This document shows, one piece after another, positions 61,224 through 64,000 of a DNA stretch of 64,000 bases. The translations under genes and the position numbers were made by a program. How positions within the stretch are numbered: the stretch's first letter is position 1; each line of letters opens with the position of its first letter. This DNA comes from a virus. The notes below the pieces were generated by a model. The model saw only the letters and a list, made by a program, of their open reading frames with translations, was not told the origin of the DNA and did not search any database. The stretch spans positions 1-64,000 of IMG/VR virus record IMGVR_UViG_3300023184_009648; one strand, 5' to 3'.

Positions 61224-62384
61224 ATGGCTGATGATAATTTCCGTGTAAGAAAACCCGGTCAAGATGTTGGAAACACCAACCCCGATACTTTGGCTCAAGG
61301 TGAAACAGTTCGTGCTCAAGTTAACGAAGGTTCTACTCCACAATTTTCCGAAGGTGGATCACCCAGTGGAACTTTTCCCATGACTGGTCAGGTTCCTCCT
61401 GCATTTCAACAAGCTTTAAATGCAGCCCGTGCAGCAAGTGATCCCAATTTTCAACCACAACAACCTAAACAAGGTTTTGGGCAAATGAATCCTAGCTCCC
61501 AAGTAAATCCCAATGCTCAAATGAGCGCAAGTGGAATTGGACAATCTCCTGCCTTTACTAACACTCCTCAAAATCTAAGTTCCTCTGGACATTTACGAGA
61601 ACTGTTGGAAACTTTAAAGGGCAACAATGCCACTTATGAAGAGATCCAATTGCCTTCTAAGGGTCGATTTTACAATGGTGAAGACGGACCTGCAGATGGA
61701 GTTGTGGCCATTAGGCCTATGACCGGCGAAGAAGAACAAATTTTGGCTACGCCTCGTTTTGTCCGCAAAGGACAAGCAATCAATATGATTTTTCAAAAAT
61801 GTCTTAGGGAAAATTATCGCCCAGATTCTCTTCTCACTGTAGATAGAACTTATTTGCTTATTTACCTTCGTGGTATTAGTTACAGCACTAATTATGATGT
61901 AGAAATCAAATGCCCAGAGTGTGAAAAGAAATTTAGCACTAGCATCGATTTAAGTTCGCTTTATGTCGAATCTTGTCCTGATGACTATGGTCCTGTGCTT
62001 CAAGATGTTTTACCAACTACCAAGCTGCCTTTCCGCTATAAACTTTCTACCGGCAAGGACGAACAAGATATTCAAGATCATCGTGATCGTCGAATCAAGG
62101 CTTTTGGAGATGCATCGGCTGATGATACACTTCTTTACCGCACCGCAGTAATGTTAGTTGATATTGATGGCATCAATAACAAAAATGAAATTCAAATTCT
62201 GCTCAAGAGTTTGCCAATTAACGATGTGGCCTATATTCGCAACTGCATTACTGAACCTCCTTTTGGAGTTGATACGAATATAGAAATTGTCTGCCCAAGT
62301 TGTTTACAGGAGTTCGAAATGGATTTGCCACTTGAAGCAAATTTTTTCTTCCCTCGGCGGAAGAAGGGCAAGACCCAAGCTTAG
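61224..62384 (+). CDS. Baseplate hub/tail assembly chaperone (T4 gp26/gp51-like)
   Basis: IQLPSKG, IRPMTGEEEQIL, LLTVDR..LR, CPEC, CPSC, NFFFP; long Q/P/G-rich N-extension; AAGGAG RBS. Confidence 0.75.
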   Translation: MADDNFRVRKPGQDVGNTNPDTLAQGETVRAQVNEGSTPQFSEGGSPSGTFPMTGQVPPAFQQALNAARAASDPNFQPQQPKQGFGQMNPSSQVNPNAQMSASGIGQSPAFTNTPQNLSSSGHLRELLETLKGNNATYEEIQLPSKGRFYNGEDGPADGVVAIRPMTGEEEQILATPRFVRKGQAINMIFQKCLRENYRPDSLLTVDRTYLLIYLRGISYSTNYDVEIKCPECEKKFSTSIDLSSLYVESCPDDYGPVLQDVLPTTKLPFRYKLSTGKDEQDIQDHRDRRIKAFGDASADDTLLYRTAVMLVDIDGINNKNEIQILLKSLPINDVAYIRNCITEPPFGVDTNIEIVCPSCLQEFEMDLPLEANFFFPRRKKGKTQA

Positions 62385-62572
62385 CGCTTTGGACATCTCT
62401 CGCCGAAGAAATTTTCTTCTTCCAATATCACATGGGGCTAGAAATGTCTGGCTCCATGAGACTGCCAATTAGGATGAGACGCTGGTTAATCGATAGATTT
62501 ATTCAGCAAAAAGAAAACGAAAACAAAGCAATGGAAGCTGAGCAACGAAAAGCCAAATCAAGGTCTAGATAA
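62342..62572 (+). CDS. -1 frameshift extension of the chaperone (gpGT-type)
   Basis: Open -1 frame from the slippery site A AAT TTT TTC: FLPSAEE..EEIFFFQYHMG..LPIRMRRWLIDRFIQQKENE..; in-frame TGA immediately upstream (62333-62335). Confidence 0.72.
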   Translation, partial: FFLPSAEEGQDPSLALWTSLAEEIFFFQYHMGLEMSGSMRLPIRMRRWLIDRFIQQKENENKAMEAEQRKAKSRSR

Positions 62573-62575
62573 TCT

Positions 62576-63316
62576 ATGGTAAAAGAAAGAACGCAAAATC
62601 CGACTTGTGGCGACACCATCAATTTAAGGCTGTTTACTTATAACAGCAATAATAAAAGAGATGTACAGTCGATTAGTGATGTAAAAATTTACTTCATTGA
62701 TGAATCTCTCAGAACTACTCACAATCCTGAGGGATTGCATTTGATGCAAACTATAGATGGAACTGAAATAATTAAAGATGGCACAGGCCAATATAGAGTT
62801 CCACTTTATCTTGATTCAAATCTTTACAAGATTGGCACATACAGAGATGTATGGAGTGTAGTTTTTGAGGATGGAGAATGCCCTAGTGCATCCATTCACA
62901 ACAACTTTCAAATATATAGTGACTTGTGGTTTACTACTCCAACACCACCAATTTATGACTTCAAATTTGACTTTCGCCCCAACCGTATCAGGAAGGGCAC
63001 TAAGCGATATATACTAATCAGTGTTACTCCCAATGTTCCACGAGGGGCTGATATCTACCCTTATTATGAATCCCTAACCGTTGTTTCTGAGCTTAGAGTG
63101 TCTATGGAATTAGCGTGCGGGGATTGTGTGCCTGCTGAAGCCGATTTGCGTGTTGTAGTAGATAGGCAACTCGTGGAATATAGGGAAAAAAGTTATGGTT
63201 ATTTCTATTTAGACACAACTCTTTATGACGAAGGCATTTATAACATCTGGTTCGAAGTAGCCTTTGGAGAAAGCGTTTTTGTTTCAGAAAAGAACGCTTT
63301 GCAAATTTTCAGCTAA
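62576..63316 (+). CDS. Probable baseplate/virion protein (Ig-like beta domains)
   Basis: GDTINL, GTGQY, GTYRDVW, GIYNIWF. Confidence 0.5.
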   Translation: MVKERTQNPTCGDTINLRLFTYNSNNKRDVQSISDVKIYFIDESLRTTHNPEGLHLMQTIDGTEIIKDGTGQYRVPLYLDSNLYKIGTYRDVWSVVFEDGECPSASIHNNFQIYSDLWFTTPTPPIYDFKFDFRPNRIRKGTKRYILISVTPNVPRGADIYPYYESLTVVSELRVSMELACGDCVPAEADLRVVVDRQLVEYREKSYGYFYLDTTLYDEGIYNIWFEVAFGESVFVSEKNALQIFS

Positions 63317-63519
63317 TCAAGTTTACGAATTGTATAAGAAGTGGTAAGATTCTTCGTTGGCATCAAAGGGAAAATCATTAGAAAATCCCTAGTTGCCGTT
63401 GCCAATCAACGAAGTCGTCAAAAATTTTTTTATTTTTTCAGACTGATCTTGAATGTCCTGCGATGGTCTATTGTCAGTAAGGGTTTGCTGACAATTATCA
63501 AACAAAAGGAGCTTATACA

Positions 63520-64000
63520 ATGTCTAGTGTTTTCAATGCTAAGTTAGATTTTTGGGTCAAAAATAATCAAAATGTACTTTTTATTGGCCGACATGGAGTT
63601 GGAAAAACTGCCATTGTTAAAGAAACATTTGAACGCCATGGTTTGAAGTGGAAATATTTTTCTGCGTCCACCATGGATCCTTGGGTCGATTTTGTTGGTG
63701 TACCTCGTGAAAAAACTGAGGATCAAATCCCCGAACAGTTTAATATTATCAAAGAACTAGGTCGTATCAATCAAAATTTGGCTATTGATTGGGTTGTCAA
63801 TAATTGGCACATGCCTCAAGATCAAGCAACTGTAGTAGTGCATCATGCACTTAATCGTCAAGAAGGCGTAACACACCTTGATATTGTACGCCCGTTTAGT
63901 TTTGCAACAGGCGAAGTAGAAGCTTTGTTTTTTGATGAATTTAATCGTAGTCCTAAAAAGATTAGAAATGCTGTAATGGAACTGATCCAGTTCAAATCTA
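63520..64000 (+). CDS. AAA+ ATPase (MoxR/CbbQ-like), 3' truncated by the window; not in the ORF track
   Basis: AAGGAG RBS; Walker A GRHGVGKT, DFVGVP, Walker B LFFDEFNRS, NAVMEL. Confidence 0.85.
   Translation, partial: MSSVFNAKLDFWVKNNQNVLFIGRHGVGKTAIVKETFERHGLKWKYFSASTMDPWVDFVGVPREKTEDQIPEQFNIIKELGRINQNLAIDWVVNNWHMPQDQATVVVHHALNRQEGVTHLDIVRPFSFATGEVEALFFDEFNRSPKKIRNAVMELIQFKS

Noticed and set aside
63471-63494. Inverted repeat TTGTCAG-N10-CTGACAA upstream of the AAA ATPase as an operator
   Set aside because: Single instance with no recurrence seen; cannot be distinguished from chance

Overview
A 64-kb segment of a large T4-like (contractile-tailed, probably jumbo) bacteriophage genome. It is AT-rich, uses the standard genetic code and shows no rRNA, tRNA or CRISPR. 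The morphogenesis genes are portal gp20 (with an intein), a putative prohead core protein, protease gp21, scaffold, major capsid gp23, neck gp13/gp14, tail terminator gp15, sheath gp18, two tube gp19 paralogs, a tail-assembly chaperone with a predicted -1 frameshift, and a late sigma factor (gp55-like). Many accessory genes are interspersed: glycosyltransferases, four more proteases, Dam, prim-pol, a phiEco32-type ligase and a McsA/ExbB/ExbD-like membrane operon. The most striking pattern is about 21 otherwise unrelated ORFs starting with a leader like the T4 capsid-targeting sequence (M-K-S/T-F-x-E/Q-W/Y/F...hydrophobic-x-E). This suggests a large capsid-packaged, protease-matured, injected protein payload that includes a sigma-factor-like protein, an Fe-S flavoprotein, an HExxH protease, a glycine-zipper protein and a His/Asp-repeat protein. 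Also notable are a TAnATA late-promoter motif that often lies 4-5 nt before an ATG (leaderless mRNAs), two LAGLIDADG proteins lacking both catalytic aspartates, and a possible pseudoknotted RNA. All family calls come from motif recognition by eye; no database search was run.
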